Assembly (NCBI GenBank): GCA_964478505.1
Contig: CAYZKE010000001.1
Span: 1 to 60,948 of the forward strand
Reading direction: 5' to 3'
Length of the DNA: 60,948 nt
Source of the DNA: an uncultured Loktanella sp.
GTDB lineage: Bacteria; Pseudomonadota; Alphaproteobacteria; Rhodobacterales; Rhodobacteraceae
The notes beneath the pieces were generated by a model. The model was not told the origin of the DNA, did no database searches, and saw nothing but the letters and a program-made list of their open reading frames with translations. Below are positions 47,359-56,321 of the stretch, one piece after another; position 1 is the first letter of the stretch; each line of letters opens with the position of its first letter. The position numbers and the translations under genes were made by a program.

Positions 47359-49296
47359 TCATGTACGGTCGCTTATTTCACCTTCCATCATGACCCGTCC
47401 GCGCACCCGCTCTTGCTGTTCTAGAATGTATGGCCTCTGTCTCTCGGGATAGGCTTCAAGCGGCGGTCGACCATCATAAAGCGCTTGCAGCATGATATCC
47501 CGCGCGATTGGTGCAGCCGCACGTGATCCGCTTCCGCCATGTTCAACGACCACGGCAATGCTGTACTTAGGGTTTTCGATAGGCGCAAAGCCAACGAACA
47601 ACGCATGATCCCTTCGTGACCACGGCAAGTCTTCGTTCCGAATGATGCCAAGCGCGCGTTCTTCTGCCGTGATCCGGCGCACTTGGCTCGTGCCTGTCTT
47701 GCCGGCCAGATCGTATCCTGCCGCGAGAACGCGTGAACGGTACCCCGTACCACGGTTGTGATTGACAACGTCGGCCATGGCTGCGCGGCAGCGCCTCAGG
47801 GCGTTTTCGTTGATAGGTAGTTTTGCTGCCACAGAGGGCGGTTCAGCCTCGAGTAGCGACTTCACCAATCGCGGTGTGATGTCTCGCCCCGACGCAAGAC
47901 GCGCCGTCATGGTTGCGAGTTGAAGTGGAGAGGTCAAAACATATCCTTGACCGATTGATGCGTTGACAGTGTCACCCACCCTCCACGTTTCATCGCGCAC
48001 GCTTCGTTTCCACGTGCGCGTCGGATTGAGGCCTTCGGCTACCGCCGACAGCGGCAAGTCATGACGCACACCGATACCAAAGCGGGCCGCCATCTGCGAT
48101 ATCGCATCAATCCCGACGCGTTGGCTGATCTCATAGTAATAACTATCACACGACTGCTTCAGGCTTTCATGTAGGTTCATGTTCCCATGCCCGCCACGCT
48201 TCCAACAATGGAAACGTGTTTCACCTACATCCACAAATCCGGGGCAATAAACAGTCTCTTCTGGTGCCACGACACCTGCCTCAAGAGCTGCAAGGGCGAC
48301 GATCATCTTGTAAGTTGATCCGGGCGGATAGGTCCCTTGGAAGGCTTTGGCCGCCAAGGGGCGATATGGATCCTCATTCAGCTCGGTCCAATTCTGTACC
48401 GAAATCCCCCGGACAAACTGATTTGGGTCAAAGGTTGGAGCAGATGCAATGCATCGCAGTTCTCCGGTCTCGATGTCCATGACCACGGCGCTCGCGCTTT
48501 CACCCGCAAGGCGCGCCTGTGCGAAACTTTGCAAGGATGTGTCGATCGTAAGCTGCACATCTGGACCAGCCGTGCTGTCAATTTGGCCCAGTTCACGTAT
48601 GACTCGCCCATTCGCATTTACCTCGACTTGGCGTGTTCCAGCAACGCCTCTTAAGGATCGGTCGAGCTTGTTTTCTACGCCTGTTTTGCCAATCTGATAC
48701 CTTGGTATCCGCAAAAGTGGATCGGGGTCATTTGTTCGGCCAAGATCGTAGTCACTTACCGGGCCCACATAGCCGACGACATGGGCCAGATCGGCCCCAA
48801 GAGGATATAGACGGGAAAGTCCCACCTCTGAACGTACGCCGGGCAGTGCCGGTGCATTGATGTTAATGAAAGCGACTTCGTCCCAAGACAAACGTTCCTT
48901 CAGTGTGACAGGGATGAATGGTGCCTTCTGTTCCATCTCAGAAAGGGCGCGCGCAATGTCGTCGGGATCGAGTTTGATCGCGTTCGCCAGCCTTGCAATA
49001 GCTTCAACCGGGTCGCCAGCCTCTTCTCGTGTCATGACCAAACGATAATTCTGCTCGTTCTCTGCAAGCAGAATGCCGTTCCGATCAAATATCAGGCCAC
49101 GCGATGGTGGAATGAGTTGAATGTTGATGCGGTTTTCCTCGGCCAGAAGCCGGTACTGATCTGCATTTTCGATCTGTAGTGATCGCATGCGCCATCCGAT
49201 AACACCCAATACGCCGATCTGACCCATCCCAACTATGAGAGCACGCCTTGAGACCCCTCTAAATTGCTGAACTTGATCTTTAGTGCTTCGGACCAT
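47359..49296 (-). CDS. mrdA: Penicillin-binding protein 2
   Basis: RGLIFDRNG, GKTGVE, PPGSTYK, SCD, KTGTSQ; all catalytic motifs intact. Confidence 0.95.
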   Translation of the reverse strand: MVRSTKDQVQQFRGVSRRALIVGMGQIGVLGVIGWRMRSLQIENADQYRLLAEENRINIQLIPPSRGLIFDRNGILLAENEQNYRLVMTREEAGDPVEAIARLANAIKLDPDDIARALSEMEQKAPFIPVTLKERLSWDEVAFININAPALPGVRSEVGLSRLYPLGADLAHVVGYVGPVSDYDLGRTNDPDPLLRIPRYQIGKTGVENKLDRSLRGVAGTRQVEVNANGRVIRELGQIDSTAGPDVQLTIDTSLQSFAQARLAGESASAVVMDIETGELRCIASAPTFDPNQFVRGISVQNWTELNEDPYRPLAAKAFQGTYPPGSTYKMIVALAALEAGVVAPEETVYCPGFVDVGETRFHCWKRGGHGNMNLHESLKQSCDSYYYEISQRVGIDAISQMAARFGIGVRHDLPLSAVAEGLNPTRTWKRSVRDETWRVGDTVNASIGQGYVLTSPLQLATMTARLASGRDITPRLVKSLLEAEPPSVAAKLPINENALRRCRAAMADVVNHNRGTGYRSRVLAAGYDLAGKTGTSQVRRITAEERALGIIRNEDLPWSRRDHALFVGFAPIENPKYSIAVVVEHGGSGSRAAAPIARDIMLQALYDGRPPLEAYPERQRPYILEQQERVRGRVMMEGEISDRT

Positions 49297-49320
49297 GGAA
49301 CCTCACCTCGCATTTGGCTC

Positions 49321-51672
49321 CTAAAGCTTGACACGACGCAAACGCAAAGCGTTCGTAATCACAGATACTGACGATAGGCTCATTGCTGCCGCTGCAATCA
49401 TGGGAGACAACAGCAATCCAAAAAACGGGTAGAGAATGCCCGCGGCGACAGGGACACCAGCGGTGTTGTAGGCAAATGCAAAAAACAGGTTCTGTTTGAT
49501 GTTGCGTACTGTTGCTTTCGCCAGTTTGCGCGCACGCACAAGACCAACCAAATCGCCACCAAGCAACGTGATACCAGCGCTCTCCACGGCAACATCGGCG
49601 CCCGTTCCCATGGCAATCCCAACGTCAGCGGCCGCAAGGGCAGGGGCATCGTTGACGCCGTCGCCCGCCATCGCGACTTGCGCGCCGCTTTTGCGAAGCT
49701 TATCGACCAGATCCTTTTTATCTTCTGGCAGAACGCCAGCGTAAACTTCATCAATTCCCAGCTTTTTCGCGACCGCATCAGCTGTTTTCTGATTGTCCCC
49801 TGTGGCCATAATGACCCGAAGCCCAAGACGATGAAGATCTTCGATCGCGCCTGCTGTGGTTTCCTTGATCGGATCGGCCACGGCCACGATTCCTGCGAAT
49901 TTTCCATCAACCGCGACAAACATTGCCGTCTTCCCCGCCGCTCGAAGATCATCTGCGGTATTCTCCGCAAGTGTATGATCTACACCGATTTCGCGCATCA
50001 TGGCTGGGTTCCCCAACGCAACGTCATGGTCTCGCACCCGACCTTGTACCCCTTTGCCGGTGATGGCTTCAAATTCTGTTGCGTTTCCTAACGATAAGCC
50101 GCGCTCGCGTGCCCCTTCAACTATAGCTTCAGCTAAGGGGTGTTCTGAACCGCGTTCCAGTGCCGCGGCGAGGGCAAGCACATCGCTTTCTGGCTGATCA
50201 CCAGTCACCACAACATCCGTTAGCTTTGGGCGTCCTTGGGTCAGCGTGCCAGTCTTGTCGACGATAACGGTATCAACCCGTGCCATCCGTTCGAGCGCCT
50301 CTGCATCTTTGATCAGAACACCGGCTTGCGCGCCCCGGCCAGCCGCTGTGGTGATTGAGATCGGCGTGGCCAAACCTAATGCGCAAGGGCAGGCGATGAT
50401 CAGGACTGATACGGCGGCCGTCACAGCAAAAGCCAATGCCGGATCAGGCCCAAACGTGAGCCATACGAAAAACGAAATAATAGCGATCAACACAACGGTT
50501 GGGACGAAAACCGATGAGACGCGGTCGGCCAATCCCTGAATAGGTGCGCGCGACTGTTTCGCCCCCGCAACCATATCCACAATCTGCGAAAGAACCGTGT
50601 CCGCCCCAACTTGCGTCGCGCGAATTGCCAAGGTGCCGTTCTTATTCAATGTCCCGCCCGTGACGCGATCACCTTCACCTTTTTCAACGGGCAAAGGTTC
50701 ACCCGTGATCATGCTTTCATCGATTGCAGATCTTCCTTCAATCACTTCGGCATCCACGGGAATGCTATCGCCTGGACGGACCCGCAACATATCCCCCTCA
50801 ATGATATGTTCTAATGGTGCGTCATACTCCGTGCCATCGGGCAGGATGCGACGCGCCGTCTTGGGAGCTAGATCAAGTAGGGCTCGGATTGCGTCTCCGG
50901 TCCGTTCCCGCGCACGAAGCTCAAGCACTTGGCCAACAAAGATCAATGTAACGATGACGACCGCTGCCTCGTAGTAGGTGCCGACGCTTTCGCCTGTGCG
51001 GTACTCATCGGGGAATATTCCGGGAAGGAAAGTCGCCGCCAGCGAATAGAGATACGCCGCACCAACGCCGAGCGCGATCAACGTCCACATATTTGGCGAC
51101 ACGTTCTTAATCGACTCTACACCCCTTCTGAAAAAGGGAAGTGCGGCCCAGAGTATGATTGGCGTGGCCAGCAGAAATTCGATGTAGATGGCTGTTTGAT
51201 GGCCAATCCAATCACGCACCGGTAGGCCAACAAGTTCACCCATGGTGAGTATGACCAATGGCACCGCAGCAACGGCGCTAATCCACATGCGTCTGGTGAA
51301 GTCAGTCAGTTCCTCGGAGGGTTCATCTGAAGGTACTATTGGCTCAAGTGCCATTCCACAAATGGGGCACGAGCCCGGCGCATCCTTCAGGATTTCTGGG
51401 TGCATGGGACAAGTCCATTGCCCACCTGTCTGATCGACCATCTGTATATTCTGAGCATTTTCAGACGCGTAAAAATAGGGATCTGCACCAAACTTAGCTT
51501 CGCAGTTCTCCGAACAGAAATGAAAGCGATCTCCGTCATAATCAGCGTGTCGGGTGCTTTCGTTCACCTCGACAGTCATGCCGCAAACGGGATCTGTATC
51601 TGTTCTTGCGCCTTGGGGCACTTGGGCTTGCAGATGCCCGTGATCGTGTCCCTGTTCGTGATCATTCGCCAT
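49321..51672 (-). CDS. copA: Cu/Ag P1B-1 ATPase with YHS and CPMHP domains
   Basis: DPVCGM...FCSENC, WTCPMHP..CPICGM, CPC, DKTGT, YN, MSLSS. Confidence 0.95.
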   Translation of the reverse strand: MANDHEQGHDHGHLQAQVPQGARTDTDPVCGMTVEVNESTRHADYDGDRFHFCSENCEAKFGADPYFYASENAQNIQMVDQTGGQWTCPMHPEILKDAPGSCPICGMALEPIVPSDEPSEELTDFTRRMWISAVAAVPLVILTMGELVGLPVRDWIGHQTAIYIEFLLATPIILWAALPFFRRGVESIKNVSPNMWTLIALGVGAAYLYSLAATFLPGIFPDEYRTGESVGTYYEAAVVIVTLIFVGQVLELRARERTGDAIRALLDLAPKTARRILPDGTEYDAPLEHIIEGDMLRVRPGDSIPVDAEVIEGRSAIDESMITGEPLPVEKGEGDRVTGGTLNKNGTLAIRATQVGADTVLSQIVDMVAGAKQSRAPIQGLADRVSSVFVPTVVLIAIISFFVWLTFGPDPALAFAVTAAVSVLIIACPCALGLATPISITTAAGRGAQAGVLIKDAEALERMARVDTVIVDKTGTLTQGRPKLTDVVVTGDQPESDVLALAAALERGSEHPLAEAIVEGARERGLSLGNATEFEAITGKGVQGRVRDHDVALGNPAMMREIGVDHTLAENTADDLRAAGKTAMFVAVDGKFAGIVAVADPIKETTAGAIEDLHRLGLRVIMATGDNQKTADAVAKKLGIDEVYAGVLPEDKKDLVDKLRKSGAQVAMAGDGVNDAPALAAADVGIAMGTGADVAVESAGITLLGGDLVGLVRARKLAKATVRNIKQNLFFAFAYNTAGVPVAAGILYPFFGLLLSPMIAAAAMSLSSVSVITNALRLRRVKL

Positions 51673-51704
51673 TATCGTGGTCCTTCGCGTGCTTGACACT
51701 CACG

Positions 51705-51735
51705 AAGTTACTCATTCCAGCAACAGGAAGGTCAA
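51705..51735 (-). promoter_or_regulatory. CueR promoter of copA2-mrdA
   Basis: TTGACC-TTCC-N7-GGAATGAG (19 bp)-TAACTT. Confidence 0.9.
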
Positions 51736-51752
51736 GGTGGATGGCTGTCCGC

Positions 51753-51771
51753 AATTGTATCATTTCGTAAC
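51753..51771 (-). promoter_or_regulatory. 11-bp direct-repeat box just upstream of CueR promoter
   Basis: GTTACGAAATGATACAATT on minus strand. Confidence 0.5.
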
Positions 51772-51809
51772 GACGAGACGGCTAATCGCGATTTCACGAC
51801 AGAGCTGGT

Positions 51810-52373
51810 TCAACCCAAAGTCAAAACCAGTTCATCCGCAACTGACATAATTGGAATATGCAGGTTTTCCGGTGCGGGTCCTTTGCGAATCCGGCCTGCA
51901 GTATCGTAGTGAGAACCGTGGCAGGGGCAAAACCAGCCACCAAAATCTCCGGCACCGTTGCCAAGCGGTACGCAGCCAAGATGCGTACACACCCCTATCA
52001 TGACCAAAAACGCGTCATGCCCAGGCACAACCCTATTTGCATCCGAAGCGGTATCTTCCCCAACAAGATTGGGGTTTCTAGAGCTCGTATCAGGCAAGTT
52101 GCTAACGTCTTCGGACCGGGCTTGATTGATTTCCTCTTCCGTCCGGTGGCGAATGAAGACAGGCTTTCCAGACAGCATGATGGTAAGTTGGGTGCCCGGT
52201 TCAACACCTGAGATATCAACCCTGATGCTCGACAGTGCCAGCACATCTGCGGATGGGTTCATCTGATTGATCAAAGGCCAAATGGATGCGCCCACTGCAA
52301 CAGTACCTGCACCGGCAGTCGCATAATAAAGAAAATCACGTCGGGCAGGGTCGGGTGCTAAATCATTTTCCAT
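51810..52373 (-). CDS. petA: Rieske Fe-S subunit of cytochrome bc1, orphan
   Basis: RRDFLY, MNPSADV, CTHLGC, CPCHGS, GPAP. Confidence 0.96.
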   Translation of the reverse strand: MENDLAPDPARRDFLYYATAGAGTVAVGASIWPLINQMNPSADVLALSSIRVDISGVEPGTQLTIMLSGKPVFIRHRTEEEINQARSEDVSNLPDTSSRNPNLVGEDTASDANRVVPGHDAFLVMIGVCTHLGCVPLGNGAGDFGGWFCPCHGSHYDTAGRIRKGPAPENLHIPIMSVADELVLTLG

Positions 52374-52379
52374 GATTCG

Positions 52380-52410
52380 ACGCTACATCGTTCCCCCACA
52401 GGAAGGTCAA
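52380..52410 (-). promoter_or_regulatory. CueR-like promoter of petA
   Basis: TTGACC-TTCCTGTGGGGGAACGATG (19 bp)-TAGCGT. Confidence 0.75.
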
Positions 52411-52461
52411 TGCCAACAGCGATCATAGGCTCAGAAGACAAGCGACGGAAAACAGAGCCGT

Positions 52462-53136
52462 TCACTGCGCTTTTGCCTGACGATTACGGTGCCAAAGAGC
52501 ACCCAATATGAGCGGAGCAGCGGTCATGAGCCCTAGTCCCAGAACAATCCATTCGGACGTGCCAAAATCGCCCGACATGGCCTCCGCTCCGAAGTGCGCG
52601 AGAAGGAAGCTGGCCGGCAAAATGCCCGCCAATGTTGCCACGAGAAAGCGCCATAAATGTAGTCGACTGAGCCCGGCCGCATAGCTCATTGCATCAAACG
52701 AAATGAACGGTAATAGGCGGGAACCAAAGACCGTTAGTGTCAGCCAGTTTTGCGAACCAAGTAGTCCATAAGTCGCTCTGTCACCAAGCCAGCGCTCAAC
52801 TTGATCGCGTGCGAAGTAGCGTGCGATGAGGAATGCAACCAAAGCGCCTAGTTCCGACCCAATGGCAACATAGATGGCACCGGCAACATGGCCGTATGCG
52901 GCACCACTCACCAAAGCGATTGGTGCACTGGGGATTGGGCTTGCAACAACTGCGGCCATCATCAAAACAATGACAAGAACCGGACCCCAAGGCCCGGCAA
53001 TAGCGATCCAGCCTTCAATGGTCTCGCGATCAATCTGGGGCATATACCCCAAGACCCATGCGCCAATGGCGGCAACGACCGCCAAAACCAACACCCAGAA
53101 ACCAACGCGGCGCAGTTTTTCATTCTTAGAAGGCAT
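52462..53136 (-). CDS. TVP38/VTT (DedA superfamily) membrane protein
   Basis: SPIPS...GAAYG, RLLPFISFD..SYAAG. Confidence 0.9.
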   Translation of the reverse strand: MPSKNEKLRRVGFWVLVLAVVAAIGAWVLGYMPQIDRETIEGWIAIAGPWGPVLVIVLMMAAVVASPIPSAPIALVSGAAYGHVAGAIYVAIGSELGALVAFLIARYFARDQVERWLGDRATYGLLGSQNWLTLTVFGSRLLPFISFDAMSYAAGLSRLHLWRFLVATLAGILPASFLLAHFGAEAMSGDFGTSEWIVLGLGLMTAAPLILGALWHRNRQAKAQ

Positions 53137-53530
53137 AGAGCATCACCAGAAAAAGGGCCGCTGAGAGGTCGTAGACCACGCAAAACGGGATGTACCAGCG
53201 CGGGACCCGCGCACCGATAATTTGTCGATGATGCAGCAAATCCCAAATTGCATGCAGCGCTAAGCCAAGCGGGATTGCGATCCAGTGCCACAACAGACCA
53301 GCCAAAGCAGCAATCCCAAAGAGGACAGCCACCAGTAATTCGAGTGCCAGCGTCATGCTGTCTTTTGCCTGTGCGCCAAAACCGATGTAGGCCCCACCAA
53401 TCATGCCCAGCGTTACAGCTGAAATTGCAATTGAGACATCTTGCGGGACAAAAAAGTGGACGGGCGCGGAGACAACAAACAGCAAACCGCCAAGAAGGGC
53501 CGGGCGGCGAACGTGAACTTCAGCTTCCAT
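53126..53530 (-). CDS. Small membrane protein (DUF6010-like)
   Basis: YIGF, LHAIWDLLHH, VPRWYIPFCVVYD. Confidence 0.8.
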   Translation of the reverse strand: MEAEVHVRRPALLGGLLFVVSAPVHFFVPQDVSIAISAVTLGMIGGAYIGFGAQAKDSMTLALELLVAVLFGIAALAGLLWHWIAIPLGLALHAIWDLLHHRQIIGARVPRWYIPFCVVYDLSAALFLVMLYAF

Positions 53531-53558
53531 TGTGAACTTTCGAATTATTCTGGAATCA

Positions 53559-53589
53559 TCCTTGAGGGTTCCAGTGGAGGGAGGGTCAA
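53559..53589 (-). promoter_or_regulatory. CueR-like promoter
   Basis: TTGACC-CTCC-N7-GGAACCCT (19 bp)-CAAGGA. Confidence 0.75.
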
Positions 53590-53600
53590 GGACAAATTGC

Positions 53601-55052
53601 TTAGCTGACGCTGAATTGGCCCATCATCCCGCCGTCTTCATGTTCCAGAATGTGACAGTGGTACATGAAAGGCGTGGATCCCGAGGCACTCTTCTCAAAC
53701 CTTACGGCCAACTCTACTTGTCCATTGACCAATACGGTGTCTTTCCAACCACGGTTCTCTGACCGCGGCTGCTGGCCGTTTTCGGAAAGCACCTGAAAGC
53801 GAACACCGTGAATGTGGAACGGATGCATCATCAAGTCCCCTTGAACGACCCAGCGTTCAAGACTGTTATGTGCCACGTTGAAGTTGAGCGCTGTTTCATC
53901 AAAAGCAGCATTGTTGATTGAAAACTGCCGATTGGACCGAGTCATCATCATGCCCATTCCCATGGACATATCGAGCGAAAAGCGCCTGACTGAAGCACCC
54001 GCAGCATCGAGGTCCGGTAGAACACCATCGAGGTTTTCGGGGAGGCCGTCGATCCGCGCAGGCAGCGTTGTGTTGATGGCAAATGGCAGAACAACAAACT
54101 GACCACTAGAACGCCCACCCATCATCCCACCCATTGCAGAATTCGAGATATTGTCAGAGACGAGCGAGCAGTTGGCGCCAGCAGTGAAGTCAATAAGGAT
54201 CTCTACACGCTCGCCCGGCGCAAGGATTAAGCGACTAAGTGCGACCGGCCGGTCGAGATAGCCGCCATCAGTGGCGATCAGATGCATGGGCCGATTGTCG
54301 GACAATGAAAGTTGATAAATCCGCGCATTGGATCCATTGACAAGACGGCACCTCACAATGCCCTGTGGCACGGCGGCGGTGGCACCTATCTGCCCGTTCA
54401 CCACCATGGTATCGCCGATAAAGCCGTTCATGGCCTCGTGCATGCCGCTGTCGTATGTCATCCGTCCACGCCAGTTGAACTGACGATCTTGCAAAACAAG
54501 GGTTAGATCGTCGATCCCGTAAGCCGATGGCAGGCCGCGGGTGTCGTCTTCTCCGTCCGTCACTTGCAACACGCCAGCAAGCCCGAACATGACCTGTTCC
54601 GCTGTCGTGCCATGGACATGGCTATGATACCACGCCGTGGCAGGAGGCTGGTTCAGCGACAAGACAGGTTGCCAGCTTTGTCCCGGCGCAATCGCTTGAT
54701 GTGGCCCGCCGTCAACGTCACCCGGAACAAGCAAACCATGCCAATGAGCTGATACTGGCGCGCGGAGTTGATTGTGGACTTCGGCTTGCGTGTCCGCGTC
54801 CGTCATGACCCGCAGAGTCGGCCCCAGATAGCTTTGATTATAACCCAATGTTTCGGTGGCTGCACCGCCGTCAAACCGCGTCGTTCCAGCTTGGGCTGTC
54901 AATCGAAACTGCCGTGAAGAGGTCGCATCCAGAAGCGGCGGATAAGCGAGGGGCTTACCTGTTTCAGCAGAAATTTGCGACGGAAGTAGAGCCGCCGCGC
55001 CGAAACTGGCGCCACAAAGCAGAGCTTGTCTTCGATCTAGCAACTTGCTCAT
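53601..55052 (-). CDS. cueO: CueO-like multicopper oxidase
   Basis: DRRQ Tat; HWHG, WYHSH, HPFHIHG, HCHILEHEDGGMM; Met-rich loops. Confidence 0.9.
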   Translation of the reverse strand: MSKLLDRRQALLCGASFGAAALLPSQISAETGKPLAYPPLLDATSSRQFRLTAQAGTTRFDGGAATETLGYNQSYLGPTLRVMTDADTQAEVHNQLRAPVSAHWHGLLVPGDVDGGPHQAIAPGQSWQPVLSLNQPPATAWYHSHVHGTTAEQVMFGLAGVLQVTDGEDDTRGLPSAYGIDDLTLVLQDRQFNWRGRMTYDSGMHEAMNGFIGDTMVVNGQIGATAAVPQGIVRCRLVNGSNARIYQLSLSDNRPMHLIATDGGYLDRPVALSRLILAPGERVEILIDFTAGANCSLVSDNISNSAMGGMMGGRSSGQFVVLPFAINTTLPARIDGLPENLDGVLPDLDAAGASVRRFSLDMSMGMGMMMTRSNRQFSINNAAFDETALNFNVAHNSLERWVVQGDLMMHPFHIHGVRFQVLSENGQQPRSENRGWKDTVLVNGQVELAVRFEKSASGSTPFMYHCHILEHEDGGMMGQFSVS

Positions 55053-55516
55053 AATAGGCCATCTGGCAACGTCGCCAGTGCCGTCTCCATATCAACAACA
55101 GGAAGACCGGCGGCGATCCAGCCGGGTCCCAATGATGATCCGAGCATACCTTCAGATACATCAATAAAACCGCTGTATCCGGCTTGGCGCAGGCTGCGCA
55201 TCACGCTGCCAGACCGACCGCCAGTCGCGCAGGTCAGGGCGACAGGTCGCCCATCTGCAAGGTCTCGCGCTGCAAAAAGGCGCTCTGGGAACCGGTCCTC
55301 ATGCAGACTGATCGCCCATGCACCTTCTGCCAAGCCAGTCTCGTCCCATTCCGCGCGCGAACGCACATCAATTAAACGGATTTGGTCGGTTTTCAGCGCC
55401 TCAAATACTTGACCTACGGACCAAATGTCAGATGTTTGCGCTGATCCGAATGATGGCATGACAGCGGTTGCAACCAACGTCGTCATTACCTTACGGCGGG
55501 TGAGAAAGTGCGCCAT
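55049..55516 (-). CDS. Exported rhodanese-like protein
   Basis: TRRKV signal; LIDVRS..EW..G..EGA, CATGGRS. Confidence 0.88.
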   Translation of the reverse strand: MAHFLTRRKVMTTLVATAVMPSFGSAQTSDIWSVGQVFEALKTDQIRLIDVRSRAEWDETGLAEGAWAISLHEDRFPERLFAARDLADGRPVALTCATGGRSGSVMRSLRQAGYSGFIDVSEGMLGSSLGPGWIAAGLPVVDMETALATLPDGLL

Positions 55517-55531
55517 TACGGGCCTCCTGAT

Positions 55532-56119
55532 TTAGTTGTCATCACCATGATGGTTGGCTGCTCCGTCATTAAAAATGTTCCCCATGGCACCAATCCGCGT
55601 CCCCGCTGCTTGCATCTCTTCTTGCGTAACTGCACCATCTGCATCTGCATCAAGATGCTGAAAGCGATCCACCATCCGGTCACGTACCGCGTTGGTGTGC
55701 AGTGCTTCAAACTCCTCGAGCGTCAGAGCTCCATCAGAGTCTCCATCAAACTCTTGCATCTTGACCGCCATATGCGGCGCCATATTTTCAGGATTACCGT
55801 CAGGCATCATCATGCCCATCATATCGCGGTCCATCATGGCCATCCGGTTGCCAGCATCCATCATACCCATCTGGCCGTTACCGCCCATTATGTTCTCATG
55901 CATCTGCATCATCATCCGCATCATGGGCATCATATCACCGGTCATCATTCCCATTTGTGACGCAGCGCTACCCATGCTCATACTGCCAGTGTCATCCGTT
56001 TCTGACATCATATCCATCGGTGTGTCTGAGCTGTCTTCTTGATCTTCATCGGCAAAAGCTACCTGCGACATTCCGGCTGAAACCAACGCAGCGAGTACCA
56101 AAACACGTTTAATCGACAT
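55532..56119 (-). CDS. Secreted Met-rich EF-hand protein
   Basis: Signal peptide; about 36 Met in 195 aa; DGDSDGALTLEE and DADADGAVTQEE. Confidence 0.88.
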   Translation of the reverse strand: MSIKRVLVLAALVSAGMSQVAFADEDQEDSSDTPMDMMSETDDTGSMSMGSAASQMGMMTGDMMPMMRMMMQMHENIMGGNGQMGMMDAGNRMAMMDRDMMGMMMPDGNPENMAPHMAVKMQEFDGDSDGALTLEEFEALHTNAVRDRMVDRFQHLDADADGAVTQEEMQAAGTRIGAMGNIFNDGAANHHGDDN

Positions 56120-56191
56120 CTTCTTTCCTTTCCATTTGTACAACAAATATCGGGATCGTCTGCATCAGGGTAAAGGTCTGACGCATCGGTG

Positions 56192-56237
56192 TTTTGTAAT
56201 GTTATGTCGCGGATTTTGGTTACAAATGGTGACAAAC
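56192..56237. promoter_or_regulatory. Back-to-back 11-bp direct-repeat boxes serving divergent operons
   Basis: GCGACATAACATTACAAAA (minus, 56192-56210) and GTTACAAATGGTGACAAAC (plus, 56219-56237). Confidence 0.68.
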
Positions 56238-56321
56238 GCACCCCTAACAGCCTTTAGCATCACTTGATAAATTCCAGGTATCTCGCATTCGCGCAAACAC
56301 CTAGACAGGGGTAAGCTTCAC

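Noticed and set aside
55760-56020. catcat-rich low-complexity DNA as possible repeat array or CRISPR
   Set aside because: Explained by Met codons on the minus strand; no repeat-spacer periodicity here or elsewhere in the window
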